64,000 nt of DNA. Source: Planctomycetota bacterium (lineage in GTDB: Bacteria; Planctomycetota; SZUA-567; H5-PLA8). The notes beneath the pieces are model-generated. The model did no database searches and had not been told where the DNA came from. It saw nothing but the letters and a program-made list of their open reading frames with translations. Position numbers and translations under genes: made by a program. Each line of letters begins with the position of its first letter. Within the stretch, counting starts at the first letter, position 1. Below are positions 24,814 to 35,446 of this stretch, piece after piece. The stretch spans positions 853,393 through 917,392 of the forward strand of contig JABTUM010000002.1 of the NCBI GenBank assembly GCA_015075375.1, given 5' to 3'.

Positions 24814-26190
24814 TCAAGGTCCCTTATTAAGCTTCCGCCGCACCAGACCCACGAGATATAAAGACCCCGTCACCGCCACCAACCCGCTGCCATCACCCGC
24901 CAAGCGATCGGCTTCAGATAGGGCTTCTTCCACAGAAGCGTAGGCGGGAGCAGACCTTCCAGTAAGCTCCAGCCAAGTTGAGGCCAGTTCTTCGGGGCTT
25001 CGCGCGCGCGGGTTCTGGGATTGCGTAAGCACCAGTGCATCCGCGTGCCGCGCCACGGCCTTCAAGATCGCCACATGATCCTTATCTTTTGCGCATCCGA
25101 GGACCACGACCAAGCGCGAGCGGTCCGGACGCAGTTCGCGCAGCGCACCGAGTGCACGGTCCATGGAGGCTTCATTGTGCGCACCGTCCAAAAAGAGCAG
25201 CGGTTGCCCGGCTTCGCGCGGGACGAACTCCAGCCGCCCCGGCCAGCGCACCTCCGCGCTGCCTTGCTGGACCGCCGCCGCCGGAAGCGCGCCGGTGCGA
25301 TGCTTGAGCCAGTAGCGCTGCGCCAAGCGGACCGCGACAGCCCAATTTTCGGCCTGGTAGGTCCCCGCCAAGCCTAGCCGCGCTTGGAAACGCCAGCCTT
25401 CGGCGGGCGATTGCAGCGTCGCTTCCGTCTGCCGCAGCGGCGCGGCATCGGGTTCGAACGGGCGCAGCCGTGCGCTTAATTCCAGATCCCGGCCCACGAA
25501 TTCCAAGGGCGTCCCGCGCTCTTGAGCGGCGGATTGCAGCGCCGCGGCGGCCTCCAGAGCTTGCGGCGCGCTCGTCGCCGGCACCCCGGCTTTGAAGATC
25601 CCCGCCTTTTCCCGCGCGATGAGATCCAGCGTATCGCCCAGGAACGCCATGTGGTCGAAGCTGATCTGGGTAATTCCGCAGGCCACGGGCTGGACGATGC
25701 TCGTGGCATCCAGCCGCCCGCCCAAGCCCACTTCGATCACCGCCACATCCACGCGCTCCCGCGCGAAGTACAAAAACGCCAGATGCGTCATGATTTCGAA
25801 GTAGGTGGGCCGCCGCGAGCCGTCCTTGCGCGCGCGCATCTCCTCCAGGTGCGGCCGGCACCGTTCCAGCAGGTCGACGAAAGCGCTTTCATCGATCCAG
25901 CGGCCGTTGACGGTGATCCGTTCGCGCAGGTCGTCGAGGTGCGGCGACGAATAGAGTCCCACCTTAAGCCCCGCCGCGCGCAGGATCGATGCGGCGAAAG
26001 CGCAGCAGGAGCCTTTCCCTTTCGTGCCCGCCACGTGCAAGGTCGGGTAAGCCAGGTGCGGCTGCCCCAGCCGCGCGGCCAGTTCCTCGATGCGCTTCAA
26101 GGTGAACGCGCCGCGATCCTTGCGTACGGGCACGCTTCGTTCGTAGTTCACGAAGCTGTCCAGGTAGGCTTGGGCTTGGGTGTAGTTCAT
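24814..26190 (-). CDS. folC: Folylpolyglutamate synthase / dihydrofolate synthase.
   Basis: It has the P-loop GTKGKGS, and Mur-ligase-like middle and C domains (VIEVGLGGRLDATS, FLDGAHN). Confidence 0.85.
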   Translation of the reverse strand: MNYTQAQAYLDSFVNYERSVPVRKDRGAFTLKRIEELAARLGQPHLAYPTLHVAGTKGKGSCCAFAASILRAAGLKVGLYSSPHLDDLRERITVNGRWIDESAFVDLLERCRPHLEEMRARKDGSRRPTYFEIMTHLAFLYFARERVDVAVIEVGLGGRLDATSIVQPVACGITQISFDHMAFLGDTLDLIAREKAGIFKAGVPATSAPQALEAAAALQSAAQERGTPLEFVGRDLELSARLRPFEPDAAPLRQTEATLQSPAEGWRFQARLGLAGTYQAENWAVAVRLAQRYWLKHRTGALPAAAVQQGSAEVRWPGRLEFVPREAGQPLLFLDGAHNEASMDRALGALRELRPDRSRLVVVLGCAKDKDHVAILKAVARHADALVLTQSQNPRARSPEELASTWLELTGRSAPAYASVEEALSEADRLAGDGSGLVAVTGSLYLVGLVRRKLNKGP

Positions 26191-26300
26191 GGACGCGCAG
26201 TGTATTGAAAGAAGTAAGTTAGGCGAGGTGGTCTTTCGTGCGGCACGCGTGCGGTTGACGGCGCGTCCGGCTCCAGCGGACGCTCGCCGCTCCCCAGGGC

Positions 26301-27200
26301 CTACTCCACTCGCTGAATCAAGGTATGCCCCGCGCCGGGACGTAGCGGGCGGGGGTCGAACTGTTCGGCCGCCAGGAAGGCGCGGACTTCCTTATGGATG
26401 CGCACCAGGAGTTCCAGCAGCGAACCCAAATCCTCGATCTTGAGCATGTTGGGTCCGTCCGACTTGGCATGATCCGGGTCGGGGTGGACTTCCAGGAACA
26501 AGCCGTCGACGCCGGTGGCCACCGCCGCGCGCGCCAGCGGCGGAACGAACTGGCGGTCGCCGCCGCTGCGGTCGCCCAGCCCGCCGGGCAATTGGACCGA
26601 ATGCGTGGCGTCGAAGACGACCGGATAGCCCAGCATCCGCATCGACGGGAGCGCGCGCATGTCGTTGACCAGGTAGTGATAGCCGAAGCAGCTCCCGCGT
26701 TCGGTCAGCATGATGTCTTCGTTATCGGTGGACTTGATCTTATCGACGACGTTGCGCATATCGCCGGGGGCCATGAACTGCCCCTTCTTCACGTTCACCG
26801 GTTTGCCGGTCTCGCCGGCCGCCACCAGCAGGTCGGTCTGGCGGCAGAGCATGGCGGGAATCTGGAGAATATCGACCACCTCGGCCACCGGTTCGGCCTG
26901 GTGCGGCTCGTGAATGTCGGTCAGCACCGGCACGCCAACCTCCTTGCGCACGGCCGCGAGCACTTCCAGCCCTTCCTTCTGGCCGCCGCCGCGGAAACTG
27001 GTCACCGACGAACGATTGGCCTTGTCGAAGGAAGCTTTAAAGACCAGCGAGATTCCAGTCTGCTTGGCGATTTCCTTAAGCCGGTGCGCCGTATCCAGAC
27101 AGAGTTGGGCGCTCTCGATGACGCAGGGGCCGGCAATGAGGAAAAGTGGGTTGTCGCCGCCCAGCTTGGTGCTGCCGATCGCAATCTCGCGGGTATTCAC
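26301..27200 (-). CDS. kdsA: 2-dehydro-3-deoxyphosphooctonate aldolase (KDO-8-phosphate synthase).
   Basis: GTG start with a GGAGGAGG RBS. The full-length match includes [10 protein letters not shown] and [13 protein letters not shown]. It is a DAHP/KDO8P synthase-family (TIM-barrel) protein. Confidence 0.9.
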   Translation of the reverse strand: MNTREIAIGSTKLGGDNPLFLIAGPCVIESAQLCLDTAHRLKEIAKQTGISLVFKASFDKANRSSVTSFRGGGQKEGLEVLAAVRKEVGVPVLTDIHEPHQAEPVAEVVDILQIPAMLCRQTDLLVAAGETGKPVNVKKGQFMAPGDMRNVVDKIKSTDNEDIMLTERGSCFGYHYLVNDMRALPSMRMLGYPVVFDATHSVQLPGGLGDRSGGDRQFVPPLARAAVATGVDGLFLEVHPDPDHAKSDGPNMLKIEDLGSLLELLVRIHKEVRAFLAAEQFDPRPLRPGAGHTLIQRVE

Positions 27201-27312
27201 GGCGCCTCCTCCATCGAGAGAATAACCAGATTAAGCGAGGCCGTAAACTCCGCCAGCCCACAACGCACCCGTGCGATAGGAATAGGGGATCGGCGCCGCC
27301 GGAGGCGGGACG

Positions 27313-29289
27313 TTAGGCGCCGACCTGCGCGAGCAGTTCGCGTACCCGCTCCACCAGTGCCGCGGGAGCAAAGGGCTTCTCGAGCAGATGCAATCCGGCT
27401 TTCAGTTCGCCGTGCTCCAGAATCCGCTCCTGCGTATAGCCGGAAATGAAGAGCACCTTGACGCCCGGATAGCGCAACCGTGCTTTTTCGGCCAGCTCCT
27501 GCCCGCCCATGCCGGGCATGACCACATCGGTGACAAGCAAATCGATGCGGCCGGGGTACGCGGCCATGGTATCCAATGCGGCCTGCCCGTGATGGGCCTC
27601 CAGCACCTCGAAATTCGCGCTGCGCAAGACTTCCGCAAGGAGTTCCCGGACATCCTGCTCGTCTTCCACCAGCAACAAGGTCGCCTTGTTCGAGGCGGGC
27701 TGCTTGGGCGCCGGGGTTGCGGGCAACAGCATGGCCGGAGTAGCGGTGGCTTTGGGGAGGTAGAGGGTAAAAGTCGTGCCGCGCCCCGGAGTGCTATCGA
27801 CCTGAATCCCCCCGCCGCTCTGGGTCACGATGCCGTAGGCCGTCGAGAGTCCCAGACCGGTGCCTTTCCCCGGCGCCTTGGTGGTGAAGAACGGCTCGAA
27901 GATCCGGCGCTGCGTGATTTCGTCCATCCCGCAGCCCGTATCGCGAACGTGCAGCGTCACGAACGGACCGGGCACGATGCCGGGCCAGGTTCGCACCGCT
28001 TCGGCATCCAAAACCGTCTCGCCGGTGGAAAAGCTCAGCGTTCCGCCTTGCGGCATGGCGTCGCGTGCATTCACGGCCAGATTCATCAATACCTGCTGGA
28101 TCTGGCTGGGGTCCACGCGCACGGTGGCCGGCACGCCGGGATCGGGCAGTTCCAGCTGGCAATTCTCGCCCAGCAGCTTGCGCAACATGGCTTCCATCTC
28201 GACGATGGCGGCGTTCAGGTTCAGCGTGCGCGGTTTCTGGACCTGCCGCCTGCTGAACTGGAGCAGTTGCTTGGTCAGGCTTGCGGCGCGCTGCCCCGTA
28301 TCCTGGATCAGCCCCACCTGCTTCTGGACGTCCTCCGGAAGGTCGTTTCGCGTTCGGATCAGCGTCGTGTAACCCAGGATGACGGTGAGCAGATTATTGA
28401 AGTCGTGCGCCACGCCTCCGGCCAGGCGGCCCACGGCTTCCATTTTCTGCGATTGGCGCAGCTCTTCCTCGAGCTGCCGCTGCTCGGTCACGTCCCGGTT
28501 TACGGACACGAAACCGCTGATCTGGCCCGATGCCTCGCGCAAAGCGAGGCTTTGGCCTTCCACGAGAATCGGCGTTCCGTCACGCCTCTTTTGGAGCCAC
28601 TCGAACCGCGCACTCCCCGCGGATGCCAGCTCGTTTCGAAAGCGCTGGAGTTCCTGCGCGGAAAGTTCGCTCCGCACTACCTCATGAATATCCTTCCCTA
28701 GAACTTCCTCCAACGTCCATCCGTACAGTTGTTCCGCGGCGCGATTCAGGGCCGATATGCGGAACTCCTTGTCCAGGCCGATCACGGCATCGCTGACCTG
28801 CTCGAGCAGACGCGCGTGGTACGCCAAGCGCAGTTCGGATTCCTTGCGCTTGGTGATGTCTTCGGTGAACAGGATCTCGCCGCCGATTTGGCCCGATGCG
28901 TCGAACCAGGGCCGCGCGTCCCAGCGCAGCCATTGACGTCGCCCGTCAGGCAACTCCCAGGAGTCTTCCGCGGCCGATTCGTTGGCGCCGGCCAATACGC
29001 GCCGGTGAATCTCGCGCCAACGTTCCGGAATATGCGGAAACACCTCGTAGTGGCTGCGACCCAGCAACGGGACTCCATCCAGCTTGTAGTCGCTGATCCA
29101 GCGCGGCGTGGCCAGCAGGTAGCGCATCTGGGTATCGAAAATGGCCAGCGCGAACGGCAACTCGTTCAGGAAGGTCTGCAACTGGGTGTCGAACGGAGCG
29201 GACGAGACGGGCTCTGGTTTAGAGCGTTTGCCGGGTGCATGGGGTTTAATGTCCATTCTTACCCACGCCCTCGAAGCAGGTTCAGCCAT
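27313..29289 (-). CDS. Hybrid sensor histidine kinase with PAS domains, HisKA, HATPase and a C-terminal receiver.
   Basis: It has the H-box [13 protein letters not shown] and the G-box [13 protein letters not shown]. The receiver reads [13 protein letters not shown]...[13 protein letters not shown]. Two PAS-like segments lie upstream. The start is ambiguous: ATGs occur at 29289 and 29256. Confidence 0.8.
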   Translation of the reverse strand: MAEPASRAWVRMDIKPHAPGKRSKPEPVSSAPFDTQLQTFLNELPFALAIFDTQMRYLLATPRWISDYKLDGVPLLGRSHYEVFPHIPERWREIHRRVLAGANESAAEDSWELPDGRRQWLRWDARPWFDASGQIGGEILFTEDITKRKESELRLAYHARLLEQVSDAVIGLDKEFRISALNRAAEQLYGWTLEEVLGKDIHEVVRSELSAQELQRFRNELASAGSARFEWLQKRRDGTPILVEGQSLALREASGQISGFVSVNRDVTEQRQLEEELRQSQKMEAVGRLAGGVAHDFNNLLTVILGYTTLIRTRNDLPEDVQKQVGLIQDTGQRAASLTKQLLQFSRRQVQKPRTLNLNAAIVEMEAMLRKLLGENCQLELPDPGVPATVRVDPSQIQQVLMNLAVNARDAMPQGGTLSFSTGETVLDAEAVRTWPGIVPGPFVTLHVRDTGCGMDEITQRRIFEPFFTTKAPGKGTGLGLSTAYGIVTQSGGGIQVDSTPGRGTTFTLYLPKATATPAMLLPATPAPKQPASNKATLLLVEDEQDVRELLAEVLRSANFEVLEAHHGQAALDTMAAYPGRIDLLVTDVVMPGMGGQELAEKARLRYPGVKVLFISGYTQERILEHGELKAGLHLLEKPFAPAALVERVRELLAQVGA

Positions 29290-29418
29290 GCCCGAGCCAA
29301 GCCGCAAATGGGCCTCACCCCGCGTCCGGCCACCTCAAGGTCCAAACCCGATAGCGAATACCAATATCCAGAATCTAGACCAGGAACGCAAGGAGGGAGT
29401 TGAACGGATTTGGCAAAA

Positions 29419-32400
29419 TCAGCGTTTCTTGCGGCAGACCGCGATCAGCTTATCCGCTTCGCCTGATTTGACCGCCCAATGATTGGGAAAGCGCAGGGAT
29501 AGCGCTTCGAGGAGCGACATGGCGCCGGCGTAATCGCCGAGCCGCATGCGCACGTCGGCTTCGATCCAGTGGGCCTGTCCTTCGGCCACCGGGGCCAGCG
29601 CTTCGTGCTTCTCGCGGACCGTCTGGACGTTGCGGACGGCTTCCGTCCAGATTCCGTACCGCGCCTGCAGTTTGGCGTAGCGCCACAGCGATTCGCCGTC
29701 CTGATGGGCCGCGTGTTCGGGATAGGCCTGCCGGAAGACCTGAAGCTGCGCGTACGCATCCAGTTCACGGAACAGCGGGCCGGCCAGTAGCTGAATCAGT
29801 TCCCAGGATTCGTCGGCCGTGAGGAAATCGGTCTTCCCATTCTTCTGCTTCTCGAGCAACACTTCGGCGCGGGCGCGGGCGGCTTCGAGATCGTTCAGCC
29901 AGGTCTGCGCCTGCGCGATCTCGGCCTGAATGCCTTCTTCGTCGACGGCGGGCCGCGCGGGTGGCGGAGGCGGTTGGCGGCGGCCGGTACCCACCGGCGG
30001 CGCCGGCGGACGGGGAGCCGGCGCGGTGGCGCCGGCCAAGTGCTGCGCCGCCAATTTGAGGTGGTCCGCGCTGGCCTTCGGGTCGTTCTTGGCGCGAGCC
30101 AGGTGCGCCTTGAGCACGTAATAGCGGCCATCGACGTACGCCGGATCCCGGTCGACCCCGCTGATCGGCACGAAGCTGAGGGACTGCTCCGCGCGGTCGT
30201 AATCCTGGAGCGCGCCCATCAGGCGCGCGAGGCCGAAGTAGTCTTTCGCCGCCTGGCGCGCGCGGCTCTCGTTCTGGGCCGCGGCCTGGGCCACTTGCGT
30301 GGCGCGCGAAAGCTCTCCCAGCGAGCCCTTGAGCTTGTCGACCAGCGCCGAGCGTTTTTCGGCTTCCTCGATCAACCCGTTCAATTCGCCGGCCTGCTGT
30401 TTGATTGCTTCGGCGTCCGGAAACTCGCGCTGCAGATCCGTCCAGAGCTTGCGGGCGGCGGGCGTGCGCAATTCGGCGATGTGCGTGCGCACTTCGGCGA
30501 GCTTCGCCGTCAGTTCGTCGCCCTTCGCGTCCGCGACGAGCGGTTCGAGTTGCGGGAGCAGACTTTGGAGGCGCGGATCGGACAGTGCGTTGGGAATCTT
30601 GGTCGCCCGGTCTAGGACCGCTTTGGCGCGCTTGCCTTCCTTGATTTCCAAAAGCAGGCGCAGCGCGCCGGTATGCCAGAGCACGCGCTGCGGTGCGGGA
30701 TGCGATTCGGAATCGGCGACGGCGAGCAAGTCGTCCGGCGCCAATGCGGACAGATCGACCGTGCGTTCAGCAGAACCGAGGCTGAGCTTCAGCTTATCCT
30801 TGTCGATCCCCAGAATGCGCCCTGCCTGAGGTTGCGCTCCGTCCAAATACCAAAGGATGCGGTCGCCGGCTTTAAGCACGGGCAAGCTGGCTTGGGCTTG
30901 CCGCACCAGCGCGGCCGGCGCTTCCAGATCGTCCAGCAGCGGCTTCAGGTCCGCGGCCCGGGCAGTGAACCGGGCATCTCCGGCCAAGGCTTTCAGTTCG
31001 GTTTCGGCCTGAAGCCAGCCGGCGGGGTTGGCTTTCAGGGCCATCGCGGCGGTGCGGCGTTGTTCGAATTCGTTGCGCTCGGTTTCCGCTGCCAAATCGG
31101 CCAGCCGCGCCGCCATTTTCGCGCGCGCCGGCTGGACTTGCGCGGCCAGGTCTTCGGGCAGGATTTTCTCGGCCTGGGCCAGCTTCTCCTCAAGCGCTTC
31201 GGCCTGTTTCTTATCGGCTTGCCCCAACTGGCCTTCCAGCGCCTTCCACCACTCGGCGGCCTTCTCCTGCACCTGCGCCACGGCCGCATCGTGTTCGGCG
31301 CGTACCGCTTCGGAGCGGTACTCCGCGCCCGGCGCATTCAACGCGGCCAGCGCCGCGCGAAAGTCCGGCGTTCCGGATGCTTTGCGGCTCTCGGCCAAGC
31401 GCAGTTCCAACGCTTTACGTTCCACTTCTTCCAAGCGCTTTTGGACTTCGGCCCAGCGGCTCTTCGCCGCTTGCTTGACTTCGGGATGTTTCTCCGTTTC
31501 GCCGGCCGCATGAAGCCGGTCGCTGAGCGCCACCAAGGCAGCGCTGTCTGCATCGGGAGCCAACTCCGCGATCCAGGCATCGAATTCGGCCACCTTGGTC
31601 TTGGCGGCCGACTGCGGCATGCCCGGGTTATCGGTGGTGTTGGAGTTGGCGGTTTCGGTTCCTCGCTCGGTGTCGTTGGGCTGCGGCCGGACGGATGAGG
31701 AGGAGAAGAGTACTGCTCCGGCCACGATCGCCACCGCCACCAGGATCAGCACGGTAATCACGCTGCTTCCGCTTTGGCGTACCGGGCGCAAGGCACGCGG
31801 TGCGGTGCGCTGAATCGTGCTGCTGGAGCCCTTGGCCTTGATCTGACTGCCTACCCGCAGCCGGGAGGCGCTGCTGTCGCTCTTGCCTCCGCCCAAGTGG
31901 GGGGGCTTGATTCGATGGATCGACGAACCCTTGCGCTTGCCTTCCGGTTCGGCGACGGGAACTCGAGTCGCGGAACTGCCGGCTTTAGACTTCAGTTCGG
32001 CCGCGGGAATGCGCTTGGACGAATCGGTCAAGCGTTCGGAGGGCCGCTTCTTGGGCTCGACCGGGATCAGACCTTTGACGGGCGACGCCGCATCCGAGTC
32101 GGAATCTTCTTCAACCGGATCGGCCTGAGGCGCAGGCTTCTTCGCTTCGGGCTGCAACGCTTTGTTCGAGGGTTTAGGATCCGGCGCCTCGTTGGGCAGA
32201 CCGACGCGCGTAAAGCCCGCGCGGCGCGGGCGGCGCTTGGGTGGGCGCATGGTACGCGAGGTTCGCTTGAGCGCTTCCGGCGGCGGGTACTTGATCCCAA
32301 ACTCTTTGATGGCTGCGGCCGTCGACGACATGCTCGAAGGCCCCAACTCCTCGAGCGCCGCCTCCGGAACTTCGCCACGCCTCAGGCGTTGCAGGTCTTC

Positions 32401-33303
32401 GAGTAACTCGGACGGTTCGGCGTAGCGGTCCTCGCGATCCTTGCATAGGCATTTTTCGATCACGTAAACCAAACCAGGATCAAGGGATGGCTTGATGGTG
32501 AGGATCGATAGGGCAACCCCTCGAACCTGCTTTTTCATCACCTCGCGGCTGCGGCCGGTAAAGATATAATTCTTAGTCAAGAGCTGATAGAGGGTTGCAC
32601 CAAGGCTGTACATATCGGCGCGGATGTCGATGTCGTCCTGCGCCTTAGCTTGTTCGGGGCTCATGTACGCCGGCGTTCCGACGGCCTTCTTGCCGCTGGT
32701 CAGCGTATCGGCGTCGTTCTCTTCGGCATTGGATTTGGCAAGGCCCAGGTCGGCCAGCTTGATCGCACCGTCGCGATCGAGCAGGATATTGTCTGGCTTG
32801 ATGTCCCGGTGCACGAGGCGGTGCTTGTGCGCATGCTCCAACGCTTCGGTGATCTTGATGGCAATACCAAGTGCATCTTCAGCTTTGAGCGCACCTTCAC
32901 GCTTCAGCTTCGCGAGCGCCGACTCACCCTCCACGAACTCCATGGCAAAGTAATGGAGGCCGCCCGATTCGCCTACGTCGATCCCGGCTACTACGTTGGT
33001 ATGATTGAGTTTAGCGGATGCCCGCGCCTCGGCGTAGAAGTTCTCGATGAACTTCGGATCCTTGGCTAAGCGCGGCGGGAGTAGCTTGAGGGCCACGATG
33101 CGATCCATGGCCACTTGGCGGGCCTTATAGACCGCGCCCATCGCGCCTTGGCCGACTTTTTCAATGATTTCGTAGCCTTCGATCTGGATCTTGCGCGGGG
33201 CTTCTCCAGGCACCGATCGGTTTCTGGAACCCGATGCCGATACTTTATTTAGACCGGTGGCGCTGGCCTTTGGCGAAGGAGATTTGGAGGGCTGCTCGGC
33301 CAT
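29419..33303 (-). CDS. Transmembrane Ser/Thr protein kinase (1294 aa) with a large extracytoplasmic coiled-coil/helical domain.
   Basis: The N-terminal Hanks kinase has GQGAMGAVYKA, HRDIKPDNILL, DLGLAK and GTPAYMSPEQ. A Ser/Pro/Lys-rich disordered region follows. One transmembrane helix is present (ITVLILVAVAIVAGAVLFS). About 800 aa of helical, Ala/Leu/Glu-rich sequence lie after it. Confidence 0.8.
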   Translation of the reverse strand: MAEQPSKSPSPKASATGLNKVSASGSRNRSVPGEAPRKIQIEGYEIIEKVGQGAMGAVYKARQVAMDRIVALKLLPPRLAKDPKFIENFYAEARASAKLNHTNVVAGIDVGESGGLHYFAMEFVEGESALAKLKREGALKAEDALGIAIKITEALEHAHKHRLVHRDIKPDNILLDRDGAIKLADLGLAKSNAEENDADTLTSGKKAVGTPAYMSPEQAKAQDDIDIRADMYSLGATLYQLLTKNYIFTGRSREVMKKQVRGVALSILTIKPSLDPGLVYVIEKCLCKDREDRYAEPSELLEDLQRLRRGEVPEAALEELGPSSMSSTAAAIKEFGIKYPPPEALKRTSRTMRPPKRRPRRAGFTRVGLPNEAPDPKPSNKALQPEAKKPAPQADPVEEDSDSDAASPVKGLIPVEPKKRPSERLTDSSKRIPAAELKSKAGSSATRVPVAEPEGKRKGSSIHRIKPPHLGGGKSDSSASRLRVGSQIKAKGSSSTIQRTAPRALRPVRQSGSSVITVLILVAVAIVAGAVLFSSSSVRPQPNDTERGTETANSNTTDNPGMPQSAAKTKVAEFDAWIAELAPDADSAALVALSDRLHAAGETEKHPEVKQAAKSRWAEVQKRLEEVERKALELRLAESRKASGTPDFRAALAALNAPGAEYRSEAVRAEHDAAVAQVQEKAAEWWKALEGQLGQADKKQAEALEEKLAQAEKILPEDLAAQVQPARAKMAARLADLAAETERNEFEQRRTAAMALKANPAGWLQAETELKALAGDARFTARAADLKPLLDDLEAPAALVRQAQASLPVLKAGDRILWYLDGAQPQAGRILGIDKDKLKLSLGSAERTVDLSALAPDDLLAVADSESHPAPQRVLWHTGALRLLLEIKEGKRAKAVLDRATKIPNALSDPRLQSLLPQLEPLVADAKGDELTAKLAEVRTHIAELRTPAARKLWTDLQREFPDAEAIKQQAGELNGLIEEAEKRSALVDKLKGSLGELSRATQVAQAAAQNESRARQAAKDYFGLARLMGALQDYDRAEQSLSFVPISGVDRDPAYVDGRYYVLKAHLARAKNDPKASADHLKLAAQHLAGATAPAPRPPAPPVGTGRRQPPPPPARPAVDEEGIQAEIAQAQTWLNDLEAARARAEVLLEKQKNGKTDFLTADESWELIQLLAGPLFRELDAYAQLQVFRQAYPEHAAHQDGESLWRYAKLQARYGIWTEAVRNVQTVREKHEALAPVAEGQAHWIEADVRMRLGDYAGAMSLLEALSLRFPNHWAVKSGEADKLIAVCRKKR

Positions 33304-33518
33304 GCTTCGTCCAAGGTGCGTCGTTTAGGAAGCTCAAGGTGCAGCTTTCTGATCCTACGATCAATAGGTGTAACGAACAAGCCCCAATATCCGGCACGCA
33401 AAAAACTCCTAACTGTAGTCAGAACACAGATCTACTGAATTACTTTACTGTTAGCAGAATGAAAAAGTGAAAGACTTGATCCGAAAATCATAGAACGGTT
33501 GTTCTGTAAATAGATACA

Positions 33519-33550
33519 GAGCTCCTCCCGCCTTTACTTGGCGGGCAGGA
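33519..33550 (-). terminator. Imperfect hairpin (CTCCTCCCGCC...GGCGGGCAGGAG) downstream of the Rieske gene.
   Basis: The 11-bp stem has one bulge. It lies in an AT-richer intergenic region with only a weak T-tract. Confidence 0.3.
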
Positions 33551-33594
33551 GAAATCCATCCGCGTAAATCTATAACCTTAATAATTATAATATG

Positions 33595-33966
33595 TTATAC
33601 GATCAGGAAGACCGTTTCCTGCTCCACCTGGATCTCATAGGTCTTGAGATGGCACTTATGTGGCTCGTGGAGGCTCTTGCCGTCCTTGAGGTCGAATTCC
33701 CAGCCGTGCCAAGGGCACTGTAGGATCTCCCCATCCCTACCCCATTTGTATTCGTTCGGCTTGGAGGGTACCCGAGTGCCGACCACCTTGCCTTTGCAGA
33801 CCGGAGCCAGTTCGTGCGGGCAGATGTTCAAGACCGCTCGATATTGCCCTCCAACATTGTAAACCCCTACCTCCCTTCGACCTACGGTGATTATTTTGCT
33901 CTGACCAGGTGGCAGTTCACTCACCTTGGCGACTTCCACTTTCGTCTTCTCGCGGTTGGCAACCAT
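33595..33966 (-). CDS. Rieske [2Fe-2S] ferredoxin-domain protein.
   Basis: Rieske motifs CPHE...(17 aa)...CPWHGW are present in a 123-aa protein. Confidence 0.8.
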   Translation of the reverse strand: MVANREKTKVEVAKVSELPPGQSKIITVGRREVGVYNVGGQYRAVLNICPHELAPVCKGKVVGTRVPSKPNEYKWGRDGEILQCPWHGWEFDLKDGKSLHEPHKCHLKTYEIQVEQETVFLIV

Positions 33967-34077
33967 GCTGGGGGCCTTTCGTTCTGAACAATGCGCGTAC
34001 GGTTCTAAAGCTCGATTTTGAGCCTCTAAGCGTTATGGGCGGGCTTTGGAAGTACCTCTCACGGTTTTGGAAACGGC

Positions 34078-35178
34078 TTATTCCAATCCGAACAGGTCAA
34101 TCGCGTTCTGAGCCATCACATGGTGCTTGAAATCGGCGTCGAAGCCGCGCAGGGCAAACTGAGGCGTATCGCCGTCCCAGTGCGGGAAGTCGCTCGCGAA
34201 CAACAGCATCTTCTTGGCGTCAAACATGTTAAAGAGTTGAACCAAGTGCTCGTGGTTATCGGGCTCTTCGATCGGTTGGGTCGTGAGGTACACGTGATCC
34301 CGGATCACTTCACTGGGCTTGCGATCTAGCCACGGGACCGTGGAACGCAGAGCTTTCCAGTTCTTATCGAGGCGCCACATAAGCGGCACGATCCAGGAAA
34401 TCCCGCCTTCGACGAGCACCACCTTGAGCTTGGGGAACTTCTGGAAGACGCCTTCGCAGACCATGCTCGTCAGGTGCGCTTGGAAGACTTGGATAATGCC
34501 CGTATGCCACTCGATATAGCGCGTCGGGAAGCCCGCAGCGGTAGGCGCGGCAGAAACGCCGCACCCCTCGGCTCCCGGATGCATCATCAGAGGCAGTCCC
34601 ATTTCTGAACAAGCAGCATAGAGCGGGTGAAACTGGCGTTGGCCCAACGGCGCAGTACAGGCGGAACTGATGATCGCTCCGGCTACCTTGGGATGCGCGC
34701 CCAAGCGGCGAACTTCGGCCGCTCCGAGTTCGGCGTCGCGGGTCGTGACCGCGATAGCCATGTGCATCCTATCGTCTTGTGGAATCCAGGTTTCCAAAAG
34801 TGCATCGTTGTAGGCGCGGCAAAGGATATCGGCCCAATCGGCGTCCGGATGGATCCCGCCTTGGCTGTAAATTCCACCGGTAAGGATAACGCGGTCGATC
34901 CCGTAAGGCTCCATCAGACAATCATTTAGGCCAATCGGTGAGCACGCGCCGTGTTTCCCGCTGCGGTCTTTACAGTCCTGGCGCGTGACCCCCACGGGAT
35001 TGTGCAGTCCTAAGTGACCTACATGGCCCCCGGATTGGAAACGGTCTTTCCAAGCCTTGGGCACATGCTTGAGCATAGCGTCGCGATCCGGGCCGGATTG
35101 GTGGACGTCGCAGTCCACGCAGCGAATGGCCTTCTGGATGGCCGGCTTGGATTCGGTTTCGGGTGCGCTGACGGTCAT
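34078..35178 (-). CDS. Amidohydrolase-2 family protein (ACMSD / o-pyrocatechuate decarboxylase-like metal-dependent hydrolase).
   Basis: The TIM-barrel amidohydrolase_2 pattern is present (DCDVH..., ...MMHPG..., ...FASDFPHWD). It is co-oriented 110 nt downstream of the Rieske gene. It has an AAAGGGA RBS. Confidence 0.7.
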   Translation of the reverse strand: MTVSAPETESKPAIQKAIRCVDCDVHQSGPDRDAMLKHVPKAWKDRFQSGGHVGHLGLHNPVGVTRQDCKDRSGKHGACSPIGLNDCLMEPYGIDRVILTGGIYSQGGIHPDADWADILCRAYNDALLETWIPQDDRMHMAIAVTTRDAELGAAEVRRLGAHPKVAGAIISSACTAPLGQRQFHPLYAACSEMGLPLMMHPGAEGCGVSAAPTAAGFPTRYIEWHTGIIQVFQAHLTSMVCEGVFQKFPKLKVVLVEGGISWIVPLMWRLDKNWKALRSTVPWLDRKPSEVIRDHVYLTTQPIEEPDNHEHLVQLFNMFDAKKMLLFASDFPHWDGDTPQFALRGFDADFKHHVMAQNAIDLFGLE

Positions 35179-35388
35179 GCGGGTCCCTTTCGATTCGTGC
35201 CTTGGACTTCGTGTGCCGATGTGGAAAGGTACTCCACGCGGAGTGTCTCGGGTAGACGTATACTTATGCCATAACCTGTCGTTTCTTACCCTATCTCATT
35301 TTCGAAACCCCTAGGCGGATCAGCGCTGAGTCTTTCTAACTTGCCCTTGATTGTCATTTATGTCTCCCGATTGCCGAGACGTGCTCAA

Positions 35389-35446
35389 AGTGCAATTTAA
35401 ACCCGTTTCTTTATAGAGCAAGGGGCTTTGGCGAGCAAATTGCACT
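35389..35446. promoter_or_regulatory. Perfect 10-bp inverted repeat, AGTGCAATTT-N38-AAATTGCACT, upstream of the amidohydrolase/Rieske operon. It is a candidate operator.
   Basis: It was read directly from the sequence. It lies 210-270 nt upstream of the amidohydrolase start, in a lower-GC intergenic region, with a GntR-family regulator encoded 500 bp away. Confidence 0.3.
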
